Origin: a virus
DNA: 64,000 nucleotides
Strand: one strand, 5' to 3'
IMG/VR virus record: IMGVR_UViG_3300020430_000009
Both the position numbers and the translations under genes were made by a program. Position 1 is the stretch's first letter, and each line of letters starts with the position of its first letter. A model generated the notes under the pieces. It worked only from the letters and a program-made list of their open reading frames with translations, did no database searches and had not been told where the DNA came from. Positions 46,838-55,235 of this stretch are shown here, in pieces.

Positions 46838-48240
46838 GAATTAAAAGTAAAAAAGCGAGTAAAAAACTTAATGTTTTAAGCGAAGACTTAGTAAAAGCTT
46901 CTTATCTTAGAGAGAATTCGGTACAAAATTCTCCTGTAAAAAACTTGCGACAAGATTATAGTAAGATGCTTGATAGTATAATTAAAAAGGAAGGATCTTT
47001 CTTCTGCTCTCAGCCTTTTATTCATTTATACGTACCAACTTATGGATTTGCGCATCCTTGCTGTAATACTACCGTGAATGTTAAAAAACACGTTTCTCAA
47101 ACAGGTCTTAATGGTATATGGAATCAGCCTGAATTTGCTAACTTACGAAAAGAGATGGCAAATGGACATAAAGAAAGAGACGCCACTTTAAGAACATGCT
47201 ACAGATGTATAGAGGTAGAGTATAACGGATTTGAAAACATTAGAAAACAGTATAACAATGATTTAGCGCGAGACAAAGAATATAAAGAAGAATTAGATAG
47301 ATTAGTAAAATTTGTAGTAGACAATCCTGAGGAAGAATATCCAACTCCAAATAAAGTTCATACGATAGAGTTAAAATTATTTGGAAACTATTGTAACTTA
47401 AAGTGTTTGTTTTGTAACTCTGCTGACTCTTCTTCTGTATCTGAAGAGTGGATGTTATTAGGAGAAGCTTCGTACGATCAACAAAATGAAAAAATGAAGT
47501 CTAGATCAGGATCAGAGATTCCTTACAGCTTTCCACTAATTAACTATCAAGATAACGATATAGACGAAGATGAATTTTGGGATATGATTAGAAAATCCAA
47601 GAGAATAAAATTAGTAGGAGGAGAAACTTGGCTAATTAAACAATACGTACAAATACTAGAAAGATGTGTTGAAGAAGGATGGGCTAAAGATAAAAAGGTA
47701 TTTGCTTTTTCGAATAATTTCGGTCATCCAAACATGCAGCATATCTACGATCTATTAAAAGAGTTTGAAAAAGTAACATATAAATGCTCTCTAGAAATGT
47801 GGGGAGATAGAAACGACTATATAAGATACCCGTCAAAGTGGCCAGAGGTTTATAAAAATATAAAACTGATAAGTACGCTACCAAACGTCAGTCTAGGACT
47901 TACTCTTACGGTAGGACCATTAAATATAGGATACGTTGACGATTTTGTAAGAGGTGCTCAAGAGATAGAAAAGAAAGTATTTACTTTTAACACTATCACA
48001 AGACCAGCTTGGTATACGCTCAAGAGCATGCCACCTGATTTAAAAGAATTTTACTTAGATAAATTATATAGAAATTCTTACGATATATTAGAAAAGATAG
48101 AAAAACCTATACAGTTTTTGGAAGAAGCCGAGCATAATGAGATGCAACAACATCTGATGATTTCTAATATTAAAGCTCGGGATAAATTAAGAGGTGATAA
48201 CATCTTAAATTACTTTCCAGAATGGAAGCCTTACTTATAG
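46834..48240 (+). CDS. Radical SAM protein, paralogous architecture
   Basis: FCSQPF...HPCC...CYRC; CNLKCLFC; VGGETW; DYIRYPSKW shared with the upstream paralogue. Confidence 0.9.
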   Translation: MRIKSKKASKKLNVLSEDLVKASYLRENSVQNSPVKNLRQDYSKMLDSIIKKEGSFFCSQPFIHLYVPTYGFAHPCCNTTVNVKKHVSQTGLNGIWNQPEFANLRKEMANGHKERDATLRTCYRCIEVEYNGFENIRKQYNNDLARDKEYKEELDRLVKFVVDNPEEEYPTPNKVHTIELKLFGNYCNLKCLFCNSADSSSVSEEWMLLGEASYDQQNEKMKSRSGSEIPYSFPLINYQDNDIDEDEFWDMIRKSKRIKLVGGETWLIKQYVQILERCVEEGWAKDKKVFAFSNNFGHPNMQHIYDLLKEFEKVTYKCSLEMWGDRNDYIRYPSKWPEVYKNIKLISTLPNVSLGLTLTVGPLNIGYVDDFVRGAQEIEKKVFTFNTITRPAWYTLKSMPPDLKEFYLDKLYRNSYDILEKIEKPIQFLEEAEHNEMQQHLMISNIKARDKLRGDNILNYFPEWKPYL

Positions 48241-48255
48241 AGAATAGGAGTACTC

Positions 48256-48468
48256 ATGGCGGAAGAAAAAAAGAACGGAGTTACCGTAAAGAACGAGCAC
48301 AACGAATTTGAGCTCGCTCTTAGATTTCTTGGTAACGAATTAATAGCTATAAAATTAGCTGCAACTAACTTTAGCGGTAAACTTATCGTTTGGAGCATTC
48401 TATTACTATTATTTAGTTTTATGTTGCTCGAGGTCTTCGGCCTATCAGCTTACATGGGCGTAAGCTAA
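48256..48468 (+). CDS. Small membrane protein
   Basis: AGGAG SD; C-terminal hydrophobic helix. Confidence 0.6.
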   Translation: MAEEKKNGVTVKNEHNEFELALRFLGNELIAIKLAATNFSGKLIVWSILLLLFSFMLLEVFGLSAYMGVS

Positions 48469-48659
48469 TGGCAGTTGGAGTTACACTAGATCTTTTTGAA
48501 TATACCGGCCAAGTCGGTAAATGCGAAAAAGGTCACGTAGTCACAATACAAACTAATGGCTATGGTTTTTGCGCAGAATGCGCTAACGACATAGATGGCT
48601 ACAGTACTCTGTACGTAATACCAAAAGGCCATCAAACACCCGGCGCACCAACAACTTAG
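48468..48659 (+). CDS. Small Cys/His protein (Zn-ribbon-like)
   Basis: CEKGH...CAEC; coupled start. Confidence 0.55.
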   Translation: MAVGVTLDLFEYTGQVGKCEKGHVVTIQTNGYGFCAECANDIDGYSTLYVIPKGHQTPGAPTT

Positions 48660-48732
48660 GAGAGATAAATGGCACCCAATCCACATTATGTAAATATGTT
48701 AATAAATTTTAGTATACTTGGAACATTAATAT

Positions 48733-49257
48733 ATGTTGCCTTTCAAGTATCGTAAGAAGATAGTCCAGCATAGAAAGCTACCTAAATTTAGATTTGTTGG
48801 TTATATGCCAGAGCAGTTTATGGAGCAAAGACTTCTAGATTGTGCAAACAGCTCTGACACTACCGAAAAGTCTAAGAAAAATAACGTCGATTTTGGAGAC
48901 TATAGCTTTCTAGAACACTACAGTCAAAGACACCTTCGTGGCACGTGGTTGCCAGAGGTGTTTGACGTATTTGGAAATATGTATGATCTTAGGTATGCTA
49001 TTTTAGAAAAAGATAAAAAGATCCCGTGGCATATTGATATACCAGAAGGCCATAGATTTATAGCAATGTTAAAAGGTTCTCATCTTTACAAAGTAGAAGG
49101 CTATAAACATTCTGTAGAAATGCTAAAAGGCGAGGTATGGTTTATTAATTCTAGTTATCGCCACGAGATAGAGAATACCACTGAAGGCGATAGGGTAGCA
49201 TTACTAGGAAAATTTGATGACACAACTGAATTATTACGAACTCGAGCCAGAAGATAA
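48733..49257 (+). CDS. Fe(II)/2OG oxygenase (Asp/Asn beta-hydroxylase-like)
   Basis: IPWHID, GEVWFINSSYRHEIEN, DRVALL (HxD...H...R). Confidence 0.8.
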   Translation: MLPFKYRKKIVQHRKLPKFRFVGYMPEQFMEQRLLDCANSSDTTEKSKKNNVDFGDYSFLEHYSQRHLRGTWLPEVFDVFGNMYDLRYAILEKDKKIPWHIDIPEGHRFIAMLKGSHLYKVEGYKHSVEMLKGEVWFINSSYRHEIENTTEGDRVALLGKFDDTTELLRTRARR

Positions 49258-50128
49258 TCACTTCACTGACGTCGTTGTCGACGTCACGCATCGATGTAAT
49301 ATGAAATGTAAGAACTGCTATATACCTAATCGTGAGATACCCGACATGGACGCAGATCTCATGATAGAAACTATCAAGAAGTTTCCAAAAAGAGTCACGA
49401 TTAGAATAATAGGAGCAGAACCTACCATGAGAAAAGACCTGCCAGAGCTGATAACGCGTGTTCTAGATACTGGCCACAAGGTCACGCTGCTGACTAACGG
49501 GCTGAGACTGTCTTTGGAAAAGTATGTTAAGAGTCTTAAAGACGCTGGATTGAAACACCTGTACATGAGTCTTAACGGAGTTGATAACGACGACTGGTAC
49601 GAAAAAATAGACGAGATGAGATGCTCTAAGAAGAAAATTCAGGCTATGGTAAATGCAAATAAATACAACTTACTAAGAGACGTAGGTTGTATCATAGTCA
49701 ATGGCGTCAACGAAGAGGCTCCAGTCAGAATGATTGAGATGTTTAAGAGATACGATATTAAAAATGTGGTAGTAAGATTTAAGACGATAGGCCAGCTTGG
49801 TAGGTACATGGAAGGTGTTCATCAGATGGGCATGGATAGTCTTATCGATATCGTGTGCAAACAACTTAATCTCAAGGAAGACTATGTCAGGTGGTGGCAG
49901 AATAATTGGATATATCCTGAGAGTCGACAAGAAAAAGATAGCTTCTTATTTCCATTAAATCCAGATCAGAAGCTCGTGTACAAAGGAATATGGATAAAGC
50001 TCGTAAATTGGAATACCGAAGGAAAAAGTACGGTTCTCGAGAACAGCACCAGACGAGGTAGAGTCACTGAAAATTTTAAGGTTGCTCCGTTCTTCGAGCA
50101 CGTAACTAATAATGAAGGAGGATATTGA
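49217..50128 (+). CDS. Radical SAM protein (MoaA-like core)
   Basis: THRCNMKCKNCYIP, GAEPTMR, LLTNG, MSLNG. Confidence 0.88.
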   Translation: MTQLNYYELEPEDNHFTDVVVDVTHRCNMKCKNCYIPNREIPDMDADLMIETIKKFPKRVTIRIIGAEPTMRKDLPELITRVLDTGHKVTLLTNGLRLSLEKYVKSLKDAGLKHLYMSLNGVDNDDWYEKIDEMRCSKKKIQAMVNANKYNLLRDVGCIIVNGVNEEAPVRMIEMFKRYDIKNVVVRFKTIGQLGRYMEGVHQMGMDSLIDIVCKQLNLKEDYVRWWQNNWIYPESRQEKDSFLFPLNPDQKLVYKGIWIKLVNWNTEGKSTVLENSTRRGRVTENFKVAPFFEHVTNNEGGY

Positions 50129-50679
50129 TGTTTAAAGTGGTTAATACGTGGGAGTCACCAGAGTACTTGACTCCACTACAGAATTATGTTAAGACTATAA
50201 GTGGATTAAGATCAGAGAATTACATCAATTTAAAAGTAGACAGAGCTTCCGCTTGGTGGATACTATACGATGGTAAGTGGATAGTCGGTTTCTCTGGAGT
50301 ACAGATTCCAGACTCTTGGCAAAATAAAAGAGTAGCTCGTATGCTGTACAGAACTTATCTCGCTCCAGAGGTAAGAGGTAAAGGCATGAAACCAACGAGG
50401 CATAATTGGCACTACTCTGGAGAATTGCAGATCAATTTCTGTAAGAGCTTTGGTCTCACGCCGGTAATATCGAGAGAGAACACTGGTCTTTCTAACTCGT
50501 CAAGAAATATAGTCAAGACGGCGAACGAGTATACTGGTGAAAAGAAGTGGACTCTCTTACCGGGGTACTATTACACCTGCAAGGGAGAGCCTAATGATAA
50601 TCCTAAGTGTTGGCAAAAGTTAGTGTGTTATGGCGACACTCGACACGTGCAAAAGCTCCCGCATAAAATGGTGTTATGA
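50125..50679 (+). CDS. GNAT-like protein
   Basis: IVGFSG...RMLYRTYLAPEVRGKG motif-A-like segment. Confidence 0.5.
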   Translation: MMFKVVNTWESPEYLTPLQNYVKTISGLRSENYINLKVDRASAWWILYDGKWIVGFSGVQIPDSWQNKRVARMLYRTYLAPEVRGKGMKPTRHNWHYSGELQINFCKSFGLTPVISRENTGLSNSSRNIVKTANEYTGEKKWTLLPGYYYTCKGEPNDNPKCWQKLVCYGDTRHVQKLPHKMVL

Positions 50680-51161
50680 AACGTCTCCATATTAAAACCT
50701 CTAGTATTACGCTGATTAAGAAGCACACGTATACTAATTATTTTAAGGCGGAGCAGAAAGCACGAACGCTAGAAAAACTCAAGCAGAGGTCGAAAGAATT
50801 TCTTCCTATAAGAATACCTGAGTTCAGGTACTCGCACAAGCAGTACAGTTCTCTCGTCACGATAGAGTCAGAATTCATAAAGGGTAGGCATCTTCTGTTT
50901 GGTGATATATCAATTAAAGACAAGCATTACTTTCGCATGATCATCAAGCATCTCGTGCTGAGAGAAGACGAGTTCTCTTGCATTGACTACTCGAATCATA
51001 ACTTTATTATCCATCACCTGACCAAAGAGTTGTACGCAGTCGACGAGGAAGGATTTGGAGAGCACACTATATCAAGAAGAATAAAAAATTACAATAGTCC
51101 TACGCGTGACGAGAGCGTGCGGTATCGACCACCTCAGTCACCGAGCGTGATGGCTGGCTAG
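50676..51161 (+). CDS. Hypothetical protein, possible kinase-like fold
   Basis: IPEF...ESEFIKG...DYSNHNFI...AVDEEG pattern. Confidence 0.4.
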   Translation: MKRLHIKTSSITLIKKHTYTNYFKAEQKARTLEKLKQRSKEFLPIRIPEFRYSHKQYSSLVTIESEFIKGRHLLFGDISIKDKHYFRMIIKHLVLREDEFSCIDYSNHNFIIHHLTKELYAVDEEGFGEHTISRRIKNYNSPTRDESVRYRPPQSPSVMAG

Positions 51162-51424
51162 GCTTCGTATACTTGGTGTTGTGGATGCCAGTTTCCGAGA
51201 GACATGCTGTAGTCGGCGATTCGCTGATAAGTACCAGCGCTGTCGCACTCGATGTCGATGGTAAGAGTATTGTCTTTATCCCAGTCGGAGCGTTCCCACT
51301 TGATAAGACTTCCTTCGGCCTTCAGCTTATCCTTAAACGTCTCCATGTCCGCTGTCTTAGCGAGACTTGCGATAGACGGCGCCCCTTCTTCCTTGACGAC
51401 TTTAAGTTGTTTTTTGAATGTCAT
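51158..51424 (-). CDS. Hypothetical protein
   Basis: Preceded by minus-strand TATAAATA at 51470-51477. Confidence 0.55.
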   Translation of the reverse strand: MTFKKQLKVVKEEGAPSIASLAKTADMETFKDKLKAEGSLIKWERSDWDKDNTLTIDIECDSAGTYQRIADYSMSLGNWHPQHQVYEA

Positions 51425-52110
51425 ACATGTATTCCTTTGCCAGATGGACTAACGTCGTTATCTAAACAGTATTTATAAAACTTTCTACGCGCAGTATCAA
51501 AATCCATATCAGGTAGTGATAATTTAAACAGCACTCTGTCCTCGGTAGTGGCGGTAACCTGATGCTCCTGCTGAACGTCGATTATCGCGGTCCTGTACCT
51601 GTAGACTCTGTGGCGAAACTCGATAGGATCTCGAGAGGTCGTGAGCACGAAGTTGATGGCGCTCTGAGTTCCTCTGTCCTGATGCCACGGTACCGTGAAC
51701 CCCATCGTCTGTATGTAGAACCTCGGCTTGACTTTCGTCTCGAGTATCGTGGCGAAGTCTTCGGTTATGGTCTTGGCGTAGTTGTCGACCTCTCTCTTTA
51801 TGAGCCAGTCTTTCGACACCTTTCCGTTCTTCGGGTCCACGAACGGTCCGTATCCGTCCGGACGAAGAGCCTCGTCCAGCAGTCGCTCCTTGTCGAAGTC
51901 GTATCCTATCTCTTCAATACACATCTTACCTCTCTTTTTCATGATCTCGAGCTCGTCTCTGAGCGCTCGCACTCGAGATCTTATCTCTTGTAAGTTCGAC
52001 CTGTCCTTGACTCTTAGGTCCGGATGCGCTCTCGGATTGTTAGGAGTCAGCAGGTTCTTGTCGAACGGTTTACTGTTAGGCTGCGACCAGTGTCTCTTGA
52101 TACTCGCCAT
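51421..52110 (-). CDS. Fe(II)/2OG oxygenase-like protein
   Basis: PWHQD...AINF...IDVQQEHQV...RVLFKL. Confidence 0.7.
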   Translation of the reverse strand: MASIKRHWSQPNSKPFDKNLLTPNNPRAHPDLRVKDRSNLQEIRSRVRALRDELEIMKKRGKMCIEEIGYDFDKERLLDEALRPDGYGPFVDPKNGKVSKDWLIKREVDNYAKTITEDFATILETKVKPRFYIQTMGFTVPWHQDRGTQSAINFVLTTSRDPIEFRHRVYRYRTAIIDVQQEHQVTATTEDRVLFKLSLPDMDFDTARRKFYKYCLDNDVSPSGKGIHV

Positions 52111-52591
52111 ATCTTCTCTTTACCTCGTGATAGTCGTGATCTAAGAATATCAGACTGAAAATGATCCTGTCTCGGTCGGCGACTCCTACCGAGTGTCTGT
52201 ACTGGTTGACGTTGATGAGCGCCGCCGAGTACGATAGTGCATTTCCTCCGATGTGCAAGGTGCATCCGCCGTCGGTAAGTAGCACGTTGATTCGAGTCAT
52301 GCAGCCGGTGTCCGTGTGCTCTTTGATCTCCTCGCCTCGAAGCTGTCTGTAGTATCCGACCGCGACTCTTCCTCCGCCGACGATGTCCTTCCAAGTCAGA
52401 GCGTGCTGCATTCCCATAGGACCGGCTCGATGTACCTTCAGCCAGCGAGGATTGTAGTCGCTGAACTCCTTCATCTCGTCCTTCAGGTCCTCGTAGTCCT
52501 CGAGCAGTCGAGGCGCGTTCCAGTCGAAGCCGTCGACGTCGTGCAGTAGCCTGCGAATAGGTTCTCCAAATAAGCTGAGCTGTGTCTCCAT
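52076..52591 (-). CDS. Fe(II)/2OG oxygenase-like protein
   Basis: KEHTD...RINV...INVNQYRHSV...RIIFSL; AGGAG SD. Confidence 0.72.
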   Translation of the reverse strand: METQLSLFGEPIRRLLHDVDGFDWNAPRLLEDYEDLKDEMKEFSDYNPRWLKVHRAGPMGMQHALTWKDIVGGGRVAVGYYRQLRGEEIKEHTDTGCMTRINVLLTDGGCTLHIGGNALSYSAALINVNQYRHSVGVADRDRIIFSLIFLDHDYHEVKRRYGEYQETLVAA

Positions 52592-52604
52592 GATGTAATT
52601 CTCC

Positions 52605-53108
52605 TTAGTTGCAATAGTTGATGATAAGACCCGCGTCGTTAAGCCTGTCCTCTACCTCCGACAGAGGATGTCGAAGACAGAACTTCAGTATCAGACGCTC
52701 GTTCGGGTCCGACTCGACGCCGTGCATGACGTGTCCGACGTCTATCAGAGCCGCCTCGTAAGGATACGGCTCGTGGTTCAGGTGTATGACCGGCGTCGAC
52801 TCTAACAGATTGATGTTGATAGACACCATCTCGTCCTCGTCGAGATGATGAGGCAGAGTCGTGTTAGGAAACTGATAGCTGAACCGAGGGTAGTTGTTCA
52901 TTCCGAGTATGTTCAGATCCTCCTCGACCGGCAGCATGTCCTTCTTTAACGGATGATCGTCCTTGATGAACAGCTGATACCACCACAGCCTCTGATCTCG
53001 TACGTTCGACCAGTGCCACTGTCCATACTTCTGTATACTATTATAGAACAGATCTCTGTACTTATTCTTATCGATATCGTAGTCTAAATGTCTAAACATG
53101 TATCTCAC
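52605..53108 (-). CDS. Fe(II)/2OG oxygenase-like protein
   Basis: PHHLD...SINI...IDVGHVMHGV...RLILKF; AGGAGG SD before GTG. Confidence 0.72.
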   Translation of the reverse strand: MRYMFRHLDYDIDKNKYRDLFYNSIQKYGQWHWSNVRDQRLWWYQLFIKDDHPLKKDMLPVEEDLNILGMNNYPRFSYQFPNTTLPHHLDEDEMVSININLLESTPVIHLNHEPYPYEAALIDVGHVMHGVESDPNERLILKFCLRHPLSEVEDRLNDAGLIINYCN

Positions 53109-53141
53109 CGCCCTCCTAAGGACTTTTTTTTAAAAAACTTG

Positions 53142-53169
53142 TTTACTTTTCGTCAGAATATGATATAAT
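53142..53169 (+). promoter_or_regulatory. Sigma70-like promoter
   Basis: TTTACT-N16-TATAAT. Confidence 0.6.
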
Positions 53170-53195
53170 ATACTTATAATAAAGAAGGAGAACAT

Positions 53196-53384
53196 ATGTC
53201 AAAACTACAACAACACTACTATAACTTTCAATCTTTACCTACAGTACCGGAAAAGATTCTATATCTACAAAAACATTCAAAAGATCTCTATCAGTACAAC
53301 ATCAACGTACGCAATCTTATAAGAGCTTGGTCCACTAACGACTGGCCGCACCTACGTCCTAAACAGGAACACGCAGGTTTCTAA
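53196..53384 (+). CDS. Hypothetical early protein
   Basis: AAGGAG SD after promoter. Confidence 0.65.
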   Translation: MSKLQQHYYNFQSLPTVPEKILYLQKHSKDLYQYNINVRNLIRAWSTNDWPHLRPKQEHAGF

Positions 53385-53545
53385 TCACTATATACTATAT
53401 ATGCATTCCGTCAGACGTGCAAGTCGGCATGCAAACAGAGAGAAACTAGGCTCTGGGTGCACACTCACGGAGTCTTTAGTCGCCAGCTCGCTCCGAGTTT
53501 CTCTTTGACTGCGAAACTTTTTTCACGGCGCGGTGCACTTTTTCC

Positions 53546-53573
53546 TTTACAACGGCTGAGAATATGTTATAAT
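53546..53573 (+). promoter_or_regulatory. Sigma70-like promoter
   Basis: TTTACA-N16-TATAAT. Confidence 0.65.
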
Positions 53574-53606
53574 AGATATAGAAGTTAACACAAAGGGAGT
53601 TAAATT

Positions 53607-53789
53607 ATGTTTGTTACTACGTTAGAGACAGTGGGTGGAGCAGTATATACAGCCACGGAGGCCACAGAGGGTCAGTCAGTCACTCAAGCTATTAAGAGCT
53701 ATGAGGAAGGTCGTAACTACTTTGAAGGGGACGTTCTCGTGATCGAGACTCGCGAGCTCCCTGCTGTGAACGACAACGTCGCGGCATAG
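53607..53789 (+). CDS. Hypothetical early protein
   Basis: GGGAG SD after promoter. Confidence 0.6.
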   Translation: MFVTTLETVGGAVYTATEATEGQSVTQAIKSYEEGRNYFEGDVLVIETRELPAVNDNVAA

Positions 53790-53988
53790 GTCTATATAGA
53801 GAGCGCGCGCTCGGTCCCTCAGCGTGTATCTGAGGGACTCGCTATAGAGGGGGTTTATATTCGAGAGATTCGCCCCGCCTATAACAGTGAGCTCGTATGC
53901 CTCGTGTTTATATGGAACCTGAGATTTTTTTTCAAAAGCCTTTTCTGAAAATTTTTTTTCTCGGGAAAACTCGCGTCGAGACCTTTTT

Positions 53989-54081
53989 TCAGAGAGCGAG
54001 TCGCTGATGTCTTATAAGACGAGCGTACGCGAGTTTCCTCTGATAGTTTCTTATAAAGTACTGAAAATCGTATATACTCAT
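53989..54081 (-). CDS. 30-aa small ORF MSIYDFQYFIRNYQRKLAYARLIRHQRLAL
   Basis: AAGGAG SD, downstream of a structured leader and a minus-strand late promoter. Confidence 0.55.
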   Translation of the reverse strand: MSIYDFQYFIRNYQRKLAYARLIRHQRLAL

Positions 54082-54116
54082 GACACTTCTCCTTTCGTAT
54101 AACGATCGTTGAAGTG

Positions 54117-54161
54117 CGTTCCTTCGGCGATTGCCTACTTCCGTCTCTTGAGAGATGAACG
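54117..54161 (-). ncRNA. Structured 5' leader RNA (multi-stem; reminiscent of cyanophage PhotoRC-II/wcaG-type leaders)
   Basis: CGUUC-AUC-UCUCAAGAGA-CGGAAGUA-GGCAAUCGCC-GAAG-GAACG: closing stem plus two hairpins. Confidence 0.5.
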
Positions 54162-54170
54162 ATACGTATC

Positions 54171-54178
54171 TATTTATA
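54171..54178 (-). promoter_or_regulatory. T4-type late promoter (minus strand)
   Basis: Plus-strand TATTTATA. Confidence 0.7.
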
Positions 54179-54180
54179 AA

Positions 54181-54237
54181 AAAAAATCACTTTGAGGTGA
54201 TTTTATTGTTTACATTTGTCGAAAAGTATGGTATAAT
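54181..54237 (+). promoter_or_regulatory. Early promoter with upstream AAAATCAC-N6-GTGATTTT dyad
   Basis: TTTACA(54209)-N17-TATAAT(54232). Confidence 0.8.
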
Positions 54238-54270
54238 ACTCTTATAGAATAAAAACAGAGGAGATTTTCT

Positions 54271-54570
54271 ATGATAGTTCGAGTTACTTATAATAATACT
54301 TTCGGTGGTACGCCATACAACGCGGCAGCGGTCGACGCTCCGACTACCGACGTGATGGAGGCCCTGGAGTACGCGTTTCGCTGGACTCAGAATATTGCTG
54401 GTTCTTGGTCTAATAAGATCGGCGACGACGCTAACGATCGAGTAACCGTACTTCATTTTAATAACGACGGTTCCGGTCTGCGCAGCTCTATGGTAGGCGA
54501 TACCTTTTGCGCCGACGGCGTGGAGTACAAGGTCGCTCCTTTCGGTTTCGATAAAGTGGAGGTAAAGTAA
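54271..54570 (+). CDS. Hypothetical early protein
   Basis: GAGGAG SD; RSSMVGD...Y.VA.FGF. Confidence 0.7.
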   Translation: MIVRVTYNNTFGGTPYNAAAVDAPTTDVMEALEYAFRWTQNIAGSWSNKIGDDANDRVTVLHFNNDGSGLRSSMVGDTFCADGVEYKVAPFGFDKVEVK

Positions 54571-54725
54571 TGAAGATCAAGGGTGCTACAACGGTTCTTA
54601 AGAAAGAGGCCGAGTTCTTAGGACTCTCTATGGAAGAGTTAAAGATCATGGTAGAGCGTAATCCTTACGCTTTTCCTACGAAGGTCATCGAGGCATTTGG
54701 AATATATTATAGGGAGGCGAAGTAA
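54570..54725 (+). CDS. Small hypothetical protein (51 aa)
   Basis: GGAGG SD; coupled TAATG at both ends. Confidence 0.6.
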   Translation: MKIKGATTVLKKEAEFLGLSMEELKIMVERNPYAFPTKVIEAFGIYYREAK

Positions 54726-54961
54726 TGAGATATATAGATCTAGACGGTCCTGACGGTAACGCTTTCTTCTTACTCGGTCAGGCGCAACAGTGGTCTCGAG
54801 ATCTCGGGCTCGATGGAAAAAAAATCCTCGAGGAGATGAAGGCAGGTGATTACGCGAATCTCTGTCGAGTCTTCAACAGGTACTTCGGCGTGGTGGCTCA
54901 ACTGACCACCGAGGATGAGGAGCTCGAGAACAGCATCCAAGTCGAAGTTCACAACAACTGA
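54725..54961 (+). CDS. Hypothetical protein
   Basis: IDLDGPDGNAFFLLG...EMKAGDY.NL. Confidence 0.7.
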   Translation: MRYIDLDGPDGNAFFLLGQAQQWSRDLGLDGKKILEEMKAGDYANLCRVFNRYFGVVAQLTTEDEELENSIQVEVHNN

Positions 54962-55067
54962 AAGGAGATTCCGAGCGGTAAGTTAACGCGGTTAAGCCTG
55001 TAACGGAGTAAAAGTTAAGACGCAGGTGGGAAGGCAGCGCCCTCATAAGAAAGACTGCCACGATCGT

Positions 55068-55141
55068 AGAGGATAAGTGTTACGGTAGCACGGGTGGCTC
55101 CAACCCACCAAGCCAGGGTTCGACTCCTTGATCCTCTGCCA
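55068..55141 (+). tRNA. tRNA-Trp(CCA)
   Basis: AGAGGAT/ATCCTCT acceptor, GGTGG-CTCCAAC-CCACC, GGTTCGACTCC, CCA end. Confidence 0.88.
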
Positions 55142-55143
55142 AC

Positions 55144-55217
55144 GCGGGTATAGTATAACGGCATTATTACAGCCTTCCAAGCTGAGGATCGGAGTTCGAG
55201 TCTCCGTACCCGCTCCA
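55144..55217 (+). tRNA. tRNA-Gly(TCC)
   Basis: GCGGGTA/TACCCGC acceptor, CAGC-CTTCCAA-GCTG, GTTCGAGTC, CCA end. Confidence 0.93.
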
Positions 55218-55235
55218 AATTACGAGAGGTACGAC

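Noticed and set aside
51173-52549. Plus-strand ORFs 51173, 51252, 51562, 51782, 52161 and 52316
   Set aside because: They are antisense to the motif-bearing oxygenase genes; the high GC here lengthens spurious ORFs.
55033-55060. tRNA-Met suggested by the CTCATAA loop
   Set aside because: No anticodon stem, D-arm or T-arm; kept only as a low-interest ncRNA candidate.
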